This document shows positions 11,883 to 24,017 of a stretch of DNA of 64,000 nt, piece after piece. The stretch's first letter is position 1. Every line of letters begins with the position of its first letter. The notes beneath the pieces are model-generated. The model saw nothing but the letters and a program-made list of their open reading frames with translations, had not been told where the DNA came from and did not search any database. Source of the stretch: Balanoglossus misakiensis (taxonomy: Eukaryota > Animalia > Hemichordata); NCBI GenBank assembly GCA_040954595.2, contig CM082593.2, positions 9,123,200 through 9,187,199 of the forward strand, read 5' to 3'. A program made the translations under genes and the position numbers.

Positions 11883-12741
11883 CATTGAAACCTGCCTAGG
11901 AAGGACACCTCTGGGACCACAAAATGTCTCTTTAATAGAGAGGTGTCCTTAAAGGGACAAATTCTCTCTCACGCTGCCCTTTTCCCATGAATTATGTTTA
12001 TGTTATTCTACATGTGGATATATAGTGAATCAAGGTTTGACCACACACAACTTCCACCCTGCTTGTAGCCACGAGAGTGAAAAAAACCTCACCAATATGA
12101 ACAATCGGTCTCTATCATTTATTCATTTTGGGCGAGTTTTTATGCTCATATCATTCAAGTGGGATGGAAATTGTGTATGGTTCATTAACTACATATAAAC
12201 ATGTACATTAATGTAAAATGTCTCTTGTATCAAACATAATGGAAAAAGGGCAGCGAGAGAGAGACTTTATCCCTTTAAAGGGACAAAGTCTCTCTCTCGC
12301 TGCCCTTTTTTCCATTAATTATGTTTGATACAAGACACTGTTTATGTTAATGTACATGTGGATATATAGTGAATCAATGATCAACCACACAAAACTTCCA
12401 TCCCATTGTATGATATGAGAGTAAAAACTCGCCCAAAATGAATAAATGGTAAAGAACGATTATTCATTTTGGCGAGTTTTTTCACTCTCCTGTCAATAAG
12501 AGGGATGGAGTTGTGTGTGGTTGAACGTTGATTCACTATATATCCACATGTAGAATACATAAACGGTGTCTTGTATCAAATATAATTAATGGAAAAAGGG
12601 GCAGCGAGAGAGAGACTTTGTCCCTTTAACAGAAATGTACATGTAATATTCTATTCAAACCATTACTTCTGTCTTGAACAATCTTTCCTTAATATAGAGG
12701 TGTCATGATTAGAGAGATGTCTGTATTGACAGGTTTCACTG
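11883..12741. mobile_element. Tc1/mariner-type MITE interrupted by a Kolobok-like MITE pair
   Basis: TA|CATTGAAACCTG ... CAGGTTTCACTG|TA. Confidence 0.6.
11953..12625. mobile_element. Two adjacent Kolobok-like MITEs in opposite orientation sharing one TTAA
   Basis: TTAA|AGGGACAAA...TCCCT|TTAA|AGGGACAAAGTC...TGTCCCT|TTAA. Units 11953-12274 and 12279-12625. Confidence 0.75.
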
Positions 12742-13699
12742 TAATATCAGCATTTTCAGTTTCATAATCCTTCTGTCTTTGTCAGAGAATTTGGACAGCA
12801 GCCAAAAACTTTCTCTGCCATACTCACAATAAGAGAAAGCTTGCACCTGTGTTTTACTGTTAAATTACCACACCACAAAATACTGTAAAACGGGTTATTT
12901 TCGCAAGCAACTAATTTTTGCGAAATACGCGAGAGCCAACAAAATGTGAAAATAAAAAGTTGCGTAAAATGTTTTTCGGAGATAAAGATGCAATGAAATA
13001 CAAGAACATGAAAATTAATCCTCGCATAACAGTTGCCTCTTTTAATATCGCAAAAATTTCCTGTCACGAAAATAATCCGTTTTACAGTAATATTGAAGGT
13101 CAGAATGCTTTTGATGAGAGAACAATACACCAGTTGCAAAGTATCTTGACTTACATAAAAATGATTGAATTTTCTGAAGAAGATATAATCTCGCAGTTGG
13201 TGTATTGTTTCCTCATCAAAAGCATTCTGACCTTCAATATTATTCTGTTGAGCTTTACATGCAATCTAGTCTATATATGTTCAGAGCCGATTTTATCATC
13301 GGTAACAGATCCTAAATACTAAAAGAGCATAAAATGACTGCGACAGATACTTTGTTAGTTGTAACAGGTGTGAAATAAGAATTTGGATAACATTGACAGT
13401 ATTTTGGCTATTGTTGGAGGGGGGGGGGGTGGAGCAATAAGTGATTTTGAAACCCCATGTAACACCTGTCTTACCATTAATATGACTGCATTTATGGTAC
13501 CATAAGGAATGCTAACAAAATGACTGGGGAACCCTGGTTACATTACCCTGATCACCACAATGGTTCAGTCCAACAGCATTGTTTTCTATGGTAAGGTTGG
13601 ACCTCTGAAGAGGGAATTGGGGTGGAAGGGTTAAAAAAAAACACTGACTGACAATACTGCCAATAACAAAATATTGTTTTATCTTCTCTTTGTATACAG

Positions 13700-13730
13700 C
13701 ACACCAATACAGAAACACTGCATACTAACA
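13700..13730 (+). pseudogene. MED25: Truncated MED25 VWA exon (5' stub only)
   Basis: tttgtatacag acceptor in the phase continuing the previous exon gives TPIQKHCILT. The expected CNSPPY continuation is missing. Confidence 0.6.
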
Positions 13731-14105
13731 ATAGTCATATCAACCTGACAAGGGAAGATGAAAAAAAAAACACTAAGCCCCATTGAACAGCTGTATTTTC
13801 TTGGAATCTGGTTTTATAATAAACTTTGATTGATTGAAATGTGTTTTACATCTAAATGCATCGTTTTGGGAACATTTTCTAGTATGTATGTGATTATTAA
13901 ATTGAACTTGTATATTTGCTGGGGGCAACTAATTTTTCATTAAAGATGAGGAATGCCCAATGTTTGGATTGTCTTCAAAAAGATGACAACAACTCAAGTC
14001 TCAAAAACTCTTTGTTTTGAATTTTGAATTGTTTTTGTTGCATCAGTAACGACTTCACATGTGGATGCCACATTTTGATTCTTAGCAAATGTTGTATTTT
14101 GACAG

Positions 14106-14254
14106 AGAGGAGTCCATTCCTCAATCATATCACCCCGCAAACTGCCTGAACTCCAAAAACTTAGCAACAAAGCGTGAAGTACAGATGGTACCTATGAAGG
14201 ATTATGCGGCTGATCCACACCACATGATACTTCTCAAAGGTTATCAACTTGCTG
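14106..14254 (+). pseudogene. MED25: MED25 VWA-domain exon, frameshifted (copy A)
   Basis: RGVHSSIISPRKLPELQKL..KA* in one frame and KDYAADPHHMILLKGYQL in another. Resembles MED25 RGIHFSIVSPRKLP...DPRHMVLVRG. Confidence 0.85.
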
Positions 14255-14791
14255 GTAGGTATCTGTTGCTATGCAAATATTTGCAATCATACCATCCTGA
14301 TTCTAAAGTTCACAGGTCAAATATATAACTTGTTTATGTGGCCATTTACAACCAATTCATCATTTTGTGGTTTGTTAAAATGTTACTCGAAATCGGTACT
14401 TCCATGAAATGGTTGTAATATATTTAATAATATTTATTACACATCACAAATTATTATGCGCTCTTGGTTGGCTAATACTAAATATGATAGTACTTCATGA
14501 CCTCTGCACACGAACTGTGCCTTACAGAAGTTATTTTTGCGAGTGATGCAGTGTATTCTGTTGCAGTACTTTCACAAGCCAAGCATTTTATTCCCCATCA
14601 TGTCAATGCCTGGCCAATGAATTACACATCCTCCTGAAAATTGCTGGTAGGTGAGAAATCAGTTTCCATGGTTGCATCCTGGATGAAACACTGGTACAGG
14701 TTCAAGACAAGTTTAGTGACATTGTGTAAATCCACAGAAGAATTTCACATCAACTGTATAATCTTCTATTTTTCTCATGATTGTGTTTCAG

Positions 14792-14986
14792 AAAAATCTG
14801 TGTCAAGTGGTGATACATAAGAGGTTGCCATCGTGAAACCTAAAACCATAGCAACCACTTCAGTGTCTACAACCACTACCACAACACAGCCACTGAAACC
14901 CGCATCAACAGTTACCATGTTTACAGCATCTACCTCCAGTATGACCTCAAATCCTCTCAAATCAACTGTTGGAAGTTCAACTCCAG
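14792..14986 (+). pseudogene. Ser/Thr-rich exon with in-frame TAA (copy A), probably MED25 linker
   Basis: tttcag/gtaaag sites, 195 nt, EKSVSSGDT*EVAIVKPKT...STP. Confidence 0.6.
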
Positions 14987-15666
14987 GTAAAGTCTCCAGT
15001 GATGCTTACGAGACATTTGTCAAATTAGGTCCGCACATAATTAGACCACCAAGTGAAGTGTGAGATATAGTAGAATATTGCCATGTTGATCTTCACTACA
15101 ATATTAGTTAAAGTTATATAACACTCTGTGATCAACGAGTTGAAAATACAGCATGAGCTGTAGTCCCCTTCATCAGCTGTATACGTAGAATGAACAGAGA
15201 AACAGAGAATCATGGGGTATTCAAAGTAGGAAATATGTGCAGGACCAGGTGCATCGATCAGAAAAATTTCCTACAGTGGATTTTCTATCTGAGGATGGTG
15301 ACTTCATGACCGCGATATTGTGCCCTTGAGCGAGGCACTTTACTTCTCATTGCTCTTGGGAGACTGGCTTTGTAGAGGTGATTTGCACCTGTTCTAGTCT
15401 TTCTACTAGACATATTTTCTGTGTTTGCGATTGATGAAAACTGTCTAATGGGAAATTTTTGTAAACTTCGCGAGAACCAACAAATGCGAATTAAAAAGTC
15501 ATATAAAAATGTTTTTCGGGGATATTGGTGCAGTTAGTGAAATATAAGAATGCGAAATTTAATTGTAGCATAACAGCTGTCTCTATTGATATTGCGAAAA
15601 TTTCTTGTCACAGAAATTTCCCGTTTTACAGTTCATAAATAAATCAACTAGATCTTTTTACTGCAG

Positions 15667-15928
15667 ATGCCACACCAACTAATCATCTGTCACCTGGACA
15701 ACCAAGTCAAATTGGAAGTCAGTCTCCACAACAACTGTCATCCTCTCAACAGAAACTGACTCAACCAAGTCAGCCCCAGATGCAGGGCCAAGGTAAAAGG
15801 TCATCAATGCCTGTTGCCCAGCCTACCAGTTTACCAAACCAACCAGTATCCACTGTCACAGCAAACAGGACACAACAACCCAATGTGACTGTCTCAAGTA
15901 TCCCCATGAGACAATTTTGTCCACCCAG
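15667..15928 (+). pseudogene. Gln/Pro/Ser-rich exon (copy A), probably MED25 linker
   Basis: ctgcag acceptor. DATPTNHLSPGQPSQIGSQSPQQ...RQFCPP, then a gtacag donor. Confidence 0.55.
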
Positions 15929-16343
15929 GTACAGTTGTGGTCTACCTTCTACTTTATGAGATTCAAATTAGCTGTTTCTAGTTACCCATCTTGTGAATTG
16001 AAAGCTTTTTATGACTGTTTCACATAGCCTTGTGTTACCATATTCTATACAGTAAACTATTGTTTCAAAACACTTTCAAAACTTCTGTTTTGGTTGCTAG
16101 AAACCCACTCTGTGAATGCAAAGACTCTTTTGGATAATGCCTGAGACTCAGTGATCAATTTCAATTTTTAATGAGATTAATGTTGATAAGCCCTAATGTG
16201 GGTATGTGTGTTGAAAATAGGACTTAGAGAGTTGCAAGCTCAACATCGAATCAAAAATTGAAGTCATGAATTTAAAATGGGGTTTTGAATACTGGCCTTG
16301 ATAATGCTTCATATTAACTAGGTTTGTTACTCTTTTTGGACAG

Positions 16344-16527
16344 GCAACTTCACCACCAACGATGACTTCCCAGCATGCACCAGCTGCTGCACTTAAAGCC
16401 GCAGAAGGTGTCATGCAAATGGCAAATGCTAGTCAGTTCAGTAAGACGCCACCAATTGCTGATGTGAATCCTATCAACTCACAGTCACGACAGAAATGGC
16501 CAGGTACTGATTCACAGCCACAAAGAG
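16344..16527 (+). pseudogene. Low-complexity exon (copy A), probably MED25
   Basis: gacag/gtaggt sites. ATSPPTMTSQHAPAAALKAAEGVMQMANASQF...PQR. Confidence 0.55.
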
Positions 16528-17829
16528 GTAGGTACAGTCAAACCTGTCTATACTGGCCAGTCAAGGGACTTCCAAAACTGACATTTATAGACAGGTGGCT
16601 TCTATAGACTGGTCAATAAATGTGCAATGTACATGTACATGAAATGAAACAAAGTTGCCACTACATAGAGGTGGCCACAAACACATAGTTGACTGTCATA
16701 TATGTTATGTTGCCATGGCAGTCATTTACCATGAGTTTGATTATACATTGCCAAAACCGGAGGAAAAAAATTTTCAAGTTCCCCTTTTCATATTCTCCAT
16801 CGATGGTATAATACGCCAGTGTCATGACCACACACAACTTCCACCCTGCTTGTAGCCACGAGAGTGAAAAAAACCTCACCAATATGAACAATCGGTCTCT
16901 ATCATTTATTCATTTTGGGCGAGTTTTTATGCTCATATCATTCAAGCGGGATGGAAATTGTGTATGGTTGAACATTCATTCACTACATATAAATATGTAC
17001 ATTAATATAAAATGTCTCTTGTATCAAACATAATGGAAAAAAAGGGCAGCGAGAGAGAGACTTTGTCCCTTTAATAGAAATGTGCATCTATTTCAACTAT
17101 TACTTCTGTCTTGAACAATCTTTCCTTAATAGAGTGGTGTACTGATTAGAGAGATGTCTTATTGACAGGTTTCACTGTATTACCAACATTTTCAGTTCCA
17201 TAATCCTTCAGTGTTTGCCAGAGAATTTGACAGCAGTCAAAAACTTTCTCTGCCATACTCACAATAAGAGAAAGCTTGCACCTGTGTTTTACTGTTAAAT
17301 TACCATACCACAAAAAACAGTTTGTTTTTGCGAGCAATAAAGTTTTCGCGAAATATGCGAGAACCAACAAACATGAAAATAAAAAGTCGCGTAAAATGTT
17401 ATTCGTAGATAAAGATGCAATGAAATACGAGAATGTGAAAATTAATCCTCGCGTAACAGTTTGGTCTTTTAATGTCGCGAAAAATTTCCTTTCATGAAAA
17501 TAATCCGTTTTACAGTCTGGTAATATTGAAGGTCAGAATGCTTTTGATGAGAGAACAATACACCAGTTGCAAAGTATCTTGACAAACATGAAATGATTGA
17601 ATTCTCCAAAGAAGATATAATCTCGCAGTTGGTGTGTTGTTTCCTCATCAAAAGCATTCTGACCTTCAATATTATTCTGTTGAGCTATACATGCAATCTA
17701 GTCTATATATGAACAGAAACATTGTATATTGATCTGCAACTCTCCTCCACATCCCTTGCCAAGTCAAGATAGTATTAATTACAGTGGATTTACTGCAAAA
17801 CAATTGGCTGCCATGTTGGGTGAGGTAAG

Positions 17830-18889
17830 CAGTGTTTTCTCCAGGACGCGCGATTGCGTGATTCCCCCTCGATTCCCCCTCTTTTACACTTGAATCGCCC
17901 CTTGAACTTGTTACAAGGGGCGATTCAATCGCCCCTTTCTTGAGCAGCCCACCCAGCCAGTACATGTGCGTCCATGCCTCCATAGCATGCACTGTCAGTC
18001 AAAACACTGGGAAAATGGCCGATATTACTGCATGCTGGCCTATACATTTTAACTTCCCACCCCCAAAACTATGTTGTAGATGTCTTTCACATTCAATTAT
18101 GTGTACTTTAGCTCCAGGGCTATAGTGTGCAATTATTGGAACAGCCAAAGAGTTCTATCTGGACACCGTCTAAATTTAGAGCACACATTCAAGTGAACTT
18201 GTTGTTATGGTGACCTTTGAAATTGGGTTGGCAGAACGTAACAATTTTATGCAAATTAAGAGAACTGCGTTCATGCCATGGCGATTATCAAGAATGTATC
18301 ATTTTTCCGTGACCTCGTTTTCTTACTTAGGAAGGAAAGTCATTCAATATGTACAGAGACTGTTTACTTTGAGTAGTGTGCCTAGCCACGTACAGATGGG
18401 GAAGTGTACTGCAGAAATCTGAAGGAAAATATACCACTTCAATTTATTCCACTATTAATGGTTTCACAGTCTAATATTTTGGCAGCTAAACTGAAACTTT
18501 TAAAAGCAAACAAGATAATTTTTTCCCAGGTATGGTATTAAAGAAAGACACTATTGTTTTTGCAGTTGCATTTATTTTATTCATTTCACTCTCCTTGCCA
18601 GGGGAGCAGTTCTTAGTCACTCTCCTACCACTTGTGTAAATAATTTCAGGAAAGTTATTTTCAGCTCTCCAGCATTTTTTAAATTACACGCCCTGAAAGT
18701 TATGCAAGCTGGAGTGTTCCTCTGCAAAACCTACTAATTTATTATTCAAAATGGTCATTACTTGATATTTACCTAAGTAACATAAATTATGCAAATCATG
18801 ATTCCCCCCTATTTTGACCAAATCCCCCCTTAATTTTAGACTAAGGGGGAACATTCCCCCCTTCTCTCAACATCCTGGAGAAAACACTG
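17830..18889. mobile_element. Non-autonomous hAT-like element
   Basis: Perfect 17-bp TIR CAGTGTTTTCTCCAGGA / TCCTGGAGAAAACACTG. Flanks ggtaag / ggtcag (imperfect 6-bp TSD). Confidence 0.65.
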
Positions 18890-19223
18890 GGTCAGCGATG
18901 TAAAGGAGTAGCTCTAAGTGAGCGCTGTTTAAGGCGCGGTGGGGACAGTAGGGGTCCATGTGCCCGCCAATCATATGCTGTCTGAAGCCCGCCGGAGGGA
19001 AAGTTTCCCGGGCTTGTCATTGCCACTTTTGCATTCGGCGGAGCAGCAGGCTGGACACGGGACGCTATTCCCTTCCGTAGTGTCAAGCGACACTGGCAGC
19101 GGACTGTACGTTTATTCAAGTGGTACACTTTGACTTTCACGATCCTTGAGACAGCGGAACTGACCCATTCAGAGGTATTGTCACGATTTCTGAGATTATC
19201 GCTAACCTACCTTATCCACAGTT

Positions 19224-20569
19224 TTGAGACTTGGCTCGAACGCTCCCCCGATTGACACTGCTACTTTTGCCGCGCCGGACTGGCGAGAAAAAAGGGCAAT
19301 GCTGAAGACGCCTCAAACGCTACCTACGGGTAGGCCCGTGCCTGATCCTTCGCTCGTTATATCTGGGTCTGTACCTGAATCAGTGCCCGCGCCGGACTCT
19401 GAAGTACAAAACTGGGCCGATCAACATGGGATCTTACTGCCAACTCTGAATGTGTTAGCGGCCAACGGGTTTACTACGATGCAAGTGGTCAGATTAATTC
19501 AGCATGACGATTTATATTTCATGAAGATATCTCCTCTTGCCCAGTTTCGGCAATTGGACGCAGCGCTTATCGAGCTTGCCTCACAGAAACGTACGACCGC
19601 TCGACGGGCAGATGTGGCGGGAGATCGAGATGCCACCAAAGTCGCTGACCGGAACCGTGCGCCCTCGCAGACGACGGCCGGACAACAATACACAGACAAC
19701 ATGGCGGCCCCCAGTACATCAGACTCCCACGAAGCCAGTTCAGCGAGCGCGAAGACCGTCGACTCCGAACAGGCACAACAGGCAAGTCGAGGAGAAGTTG
19801 GACTGGACTCGCTGCTTCAGGCGTTGAATATCAACGCGGGACCACTGAACAATGACCTGACCCCGCCCAGGAAGATACCTCAGCGCATGGACTTAGAACC
19901 CATGGTGTATTTAAAACCGGCGTCCATGGCAGGTTTGAAATTTTATGACATTGTTGACTATGTACCAAGCTCCCTACAGACTAAGGTCGACCAAAAAGTG
20001 CTGGCCTTTGGAGCGGGGGAAAACAAACTGGTGTTTGAATCGGGTCCATCAAAACCCAAATTAGGGTCGGTGACCCCTCAGCAATGGTCTGCGGCCAACT
20101 CTCGCATTTTGTACGAACTCATTTCAAAGCACAATTACAACCTTACTCAAGTACAAGAGTATTCAGCATACACCATTAAAGTGTGTCAACTGGCAGACCG
20201 ATATGAATGGGTGTCTGTTTTGCATTATGATCGGGAGTTCCGTAAACTACAAGCGGCCTATATTTACCATGGGGAACTGACTCCCAACATTTGTCCACTG
20301 TGTATTTGAGGGAAAAAGGGGCAGTGCAAAACAAAGCACGGGGGTCATATCAGGTCAAAAATGGTAAGTCTACTTCTGCGGCGCCCGTTGATGTCAAGAC
20401 AGGAAAACCCATTTGTATCGGTTACAATAAAGGGGATTGCAAGTTCGGGGTAAAATGTAATTACAGTCATATATGTTTGGATTGCAAAAAGGGCCATTCC
20501 AAAATCAACCACCCAAACTTGTCAGGGGGGAACCAAAGAGCGAGAACAAGCCACTTCAAGGGTAACTGA
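19224..20569 (+). CDS. Gag-like ORF1 with one frameshift near 20262
   Basis: YEWVSVLHYDREFRKLQAAY continues as LPWGTDSQHLSTVYL in the next frame. C-terminal CIGYNKGDCKFGVKCNYSHICLDCKKGH zinc finger. First ATG at ~19299. Confidence 0.85.
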
Positions 20570-22318
20570 CCTGCCCACCCCTCCCCCCTTCCCTTCAGCC
20601 TTACGTTATGAAGCCTGGGTTACTGAAATTTGCCCCAATGACCCAGACAAAGATTTTATTCTTGACGGGATTGAACAGGGTTTTTGCATTGTCGATCCTG
20701 GTTCTAATATCCGCCCTGCTGAGACAAATAATTACAAATCTGCAACGGACCCCTCATTTCGTGTTGCAGTGGAGGAACAAATTTTGGTTGAGTTGAGTGA
20801 AGGTCGTTATGAGGTCACATCTGACAAACCAACTATTGTAAGCGCACTGGGGACCATTCCCAAACAAAACTCACCAGATGTTAGACTGATTCATGATTGC
20901 AGTCAACCGCCCAATTTTGCAGTCAACGACTATGCAACTAATCCTTCGTTTTCCTTCCAAACCTTTGGGGAGGCCACCAAATTAATTAAGCCAGGGTCCT
21001 TTTTAGCTAAGGTGGATTTGAAGTCTGCATACAGGTCTGTCCGTATCCATCCATCTAATTATAGTGCTACTGGGTTGAAATGGACCTTTTCTAACATGCA
21101 AGAGGCTACTTATATGTTCGACACGAGGATCCCATTTGGAGGCAAAAAGGCCCCCATCATTTTTCACCGTCTCACCCAAGCTGTGCGTAGGATGATGCAT
21201 CGCAAGGGTTATGTTTGTTTAGTGGTCTACCTTGATGATTTCCTCATTGTTGCAGATACTTACCAGGAGTGCCAAATTGCCCTGAACACCCTTATTTCAT
21301 TGCTTCGTAAGTTAGGGTTTGCTATTGCTTGGGGTAAGGTTGAGAGACCCACTCAACGGTTAGTATTTTTAGGTATTGAAATTGATACCCGCGCTTTTAC
21401 TGTTGCCTTGCCGCTGCCAAAGCTTCATGAGCTTTATTCATTGCTGCTTATTTTTCGCACAAAAACACGTGCATCCCGCCGCCAGCTGCAATTCCTTGCT
21501 GGGAAATTAAACTGGGCTTGCCAGGTCATTGTCGGAGGTAGGACTTTCCTCCGTCGCATCCTGGATTGCATTAATAATCTCCGCCAACCTTCTCATAAAG
21601 TTATCCTTGGTAGGGAATTTAAGGCCGATCTTGATTGGTGGATTCGCTTTTTACCACATTTTAATGGCACTTGCAAGATTCTGAATACAGACCCTATAAC
21701 TGATGTGCATACAGATGCTAGCAACACCGCTGCCGGTGCTTATTTTAGGGGGGATTGGGTGTACACCAGGTGGGCTGACTGGCCATCTACTTCACACTTC
21801 ATATTAATTACAAAGAGGTGCTGGCTGTTGCAGTGGCAGCACAAAGATGGGCACCTGTGTGGGCAAATCATAGAGTTGTAATTCACACGGACAGTATGTC
21901 TGCTATGGGTATGCTTAATAAGGGGACATGTCGCCATCCATTCATGATTTCTGTGCTTCGTTCTCTATTTTGGCTCTCAGCTTCTTACAACTTCAGCATT
22001 CAAGCAGTTTATGTTCGTGGTAAACTCAATCACATTCCTGATGCCATTTCCAGGTTGCATCAACCAGGTCAGTTCATGAGGTTGCATACACTGCTCCACC
22101 CTTATGGAGAGCTCCACCCCACCTTCACCTTAGCTAGCTTCCCACTTCACATGCCTTATACTGCTGCTACCTTTCTTACTCGTCAGATCCAGAGATCAAA
22201 CAGCTGGAGGAACATCTGGATAGGGAAGTGGCCACATATAGAGGAAGTGCCTTTGCAGAAAATACACAGCGCACATACTCTGTCCACTGGAAGTCATACA
22301 TCTCCTTTTGTGTTATGA
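20568..22318 (+). CDS. Reverse transcriptase - RNase H ORF2 with one frameshift near 21790
   Basis: RLIHDCS, KVDLKSAY, IPFG, YLDDF, VFLGIEID. RNase H motifs TDAS, HINYKE (shifted frame), HTDS, NHIPDAISR. Confidence 0.92.
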
Positions 22319-23193
22319 TGGGTTACCCCCCTTTGCCAGCCAGTAGTGACCTGGTTTGTCGTTACACAGCCTACTTAGCTCGCCGTCTAAAGTTCAACTC
22401 AGTGAAGCAGTATTTAAATATTATTCGTATTTTGCACTTAGAGCATGGCTTCGCCAATCCACTCCAAGACAATTGGCTGCTGACTATGCTGTTAAAGGGC
22501 ATAGCCAAAGTTAAGGGAACTACAGTTGCCAGGAAGCTGCCTCTCACCCCCACATTGTTATTGGGCATTCACAGTCAGTTATGTTTTTCATCAGCCTTTG
22601 ATTCTGTCTTTTGGGCAGCCTGCCTTGTGGGTTTCTTTGGGTTGCTGCGCAAATCCAATTTCTTAGTTCCTTCAGGCTCTAAGTTTGACCCAGACAAACA
22701 TCTAACTAGGGCTTCCTTCCAGGTGCATGCATGGGGTCTCACCATCATTATTCAATGGACCAAAACGCTACAAACTCGGGATCGGGTTCTTCAAGTTCCT
22801 CTCCCATGGATTTGCAATCACCCATTATGCCCTGTTTCTGCAGTCCTTAGGGCATTTCAGCATTCTAAGGGGGCACCCCCTACAGGCCCAGCCTTTGTCA
22901 TCCCTGCAGGTAATGGTAGCTTCCGCCCGCTCACTGTCCCACAGTTCACCTCAAAGCTCCGCACCCATCTTAGTCGCCTAGGGGTGCAGGTCAGTGAATA
23001 TTCTTCACACAGTCTCCGTCGGGGAGGGGCATCCTGGGCAATACAGTGTGGGGTTCCCAGTGATATAATTAAGCTGATGGGGGATTGGAGGAGTGACGCA
23101 TACCTTCGTTACTTGGTCCTCCCCCTCCCTTTCAAAGTTAACTCTGTTAAGCTTTGTGCCAAACAGCTTCCTTTTTCTACTTCTACATTGTAA
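22228..23193 (+). CDS. Tyrosine recombinase (intact frame)
   Basis: FFGLLRKSN (R), WTKT (K), HSLRRGGA (HxxR), GDWRS (W), YLRY (catalytic Y). Overlaps the 3' end of ORF2. Confidence 0.95.
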   Translation: MATYRGSAFAENTQRTYSVHWKSYISFCVMMGYPPLPASSDLVCRYTAYLARRLKFNSVKQYLNIIRILHLEHGFANPLQDNWLLTMLLKGIAKVKGTTVARKLPLTPTLLLGIHSQLCFSSAFDSVFWAACLVGFFGLLRKSNFLVPSGSKFDPDKHLTRASFQVHAWGLTIIIQWTKTLQTRDRVLQVPLPWICNHPLCPVSAVLRAFQHSKGAPPTGPAFVIPAGNGSFRPLTVPQFTSKLRTHLSRLGVQVSEYSSHSLRRGGASWAIQCGVPSDIIKLMGDWRSDAYLRYLVLPLPFKVNSVKLCAKQLPFSTSTL

Positions 23194-23399
23194 GCAAGTT
23201 TTCTATGACTACCACTACTATATTGGGTTTTTGGGAGAATTTTGTAGTAAACACAGACAGACTTCAACTGTCCATTAGTATGTGTTTTTGTCAGTATTAA
23301 AGTTTCCCCCAAAGTTGTGCCCAATTTGTGTGTCCCAGTGTGGTTTGTGTGTGAGAGCCAGTGTGCCTTAAGGAGTAGCTCTAAGTGAGCGCTGATTAA

Positions 23400-24017
23400 A
23401 GGGGAAATCCGCTGTAGCTGATTTCTACATAATTTGGTAGCTTTGATGTCTCTCTTTCAGAAAAAAACATACTCGCCATGTATAGGTCGCGCGATTTTTT
23501 ACAAAATCTAGGGAAAGTTGGCAGAATTTCCAATATGGCGTTTACTGTAATTTGAATCATGGGAAAAAAAGCGCCAGGACCAACTTCCGCCCACCTTGGT
23601 GTGGGTGATACCATTTTCCGATTGGTGTCACTGTGTCACAAGCTAAGCGTATTTGCATATTTTTCATGGGTTATAGCTCATGAAAACTGTCAATAGATGA
23701 CAAATTTTCGATTTTGCTGATGATTGTTTATCAACTGATGCAAAGAACAAACAATAGCTATGAAAATACGCCTAGTCTGTCGCCCAGTGACACCAATCGG
23801 AGAATGGTATCACCCACACCATGGTGGGCGGAAGTTGCTCCTGGCGCTTTTTTCCCATGATTCAAATTACAGTAAACGCCATATTGGAAATTCTGCCAAC
23901 TTTCCCTAGATTTTGTAAAAAATCGCGCGACCTATACATAGCGAATATGTTTTTTTCTGAAAGAGAGACATCAAAGCTACCAAATTATGTAGAAATCAGC
24001 TACAGCGGATTTCCCCT
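23400..24017. mobile_element. Palindromic Kolobok-like MITE inserted in Ngaro repeat A2
   Basis: TTAA|AGGGGAAATCCGCTGTAGC...GCTACAGCGGATTTCCCCT|TTAA with ~230 bp arms. A1 shows the empty site (GCTGTTTAAGGCGCGG). Confidence 0.88.

Larger units (their letters stand above)
12040..16826 (+). repeat. Segmental duplication copy A (MED25 fragment block)
   Basis: GACCACACACAACTTCCACCCTGCTTGTAGCC at ~12039 restarts at ~16826. Exon-derived ORFs recur (14089/24861, 14833/25597, 16362/29402). Confidence 0.85.

Noticed and set aside
15295-15360. SINE-core-like motif TGTGCCCTTGAGCGAGGCACTT
   Set aside because: Too short and degenerate to define boundaries or family by eye.
11636-16527. Functional MED25 gene
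   Set aside because: Truncated exon, frameshift, in-frame stop, a phase mismatch between the last two exons, and no 5' or ACID-domain exons visible.
22228-23193. Phage integrase or bacterial contamination
   Set aside because: It is embedded in a gag-RT-RNaseH unit with split direct repeats in intron-containing DNA, i.e. a retrotransposon YR.
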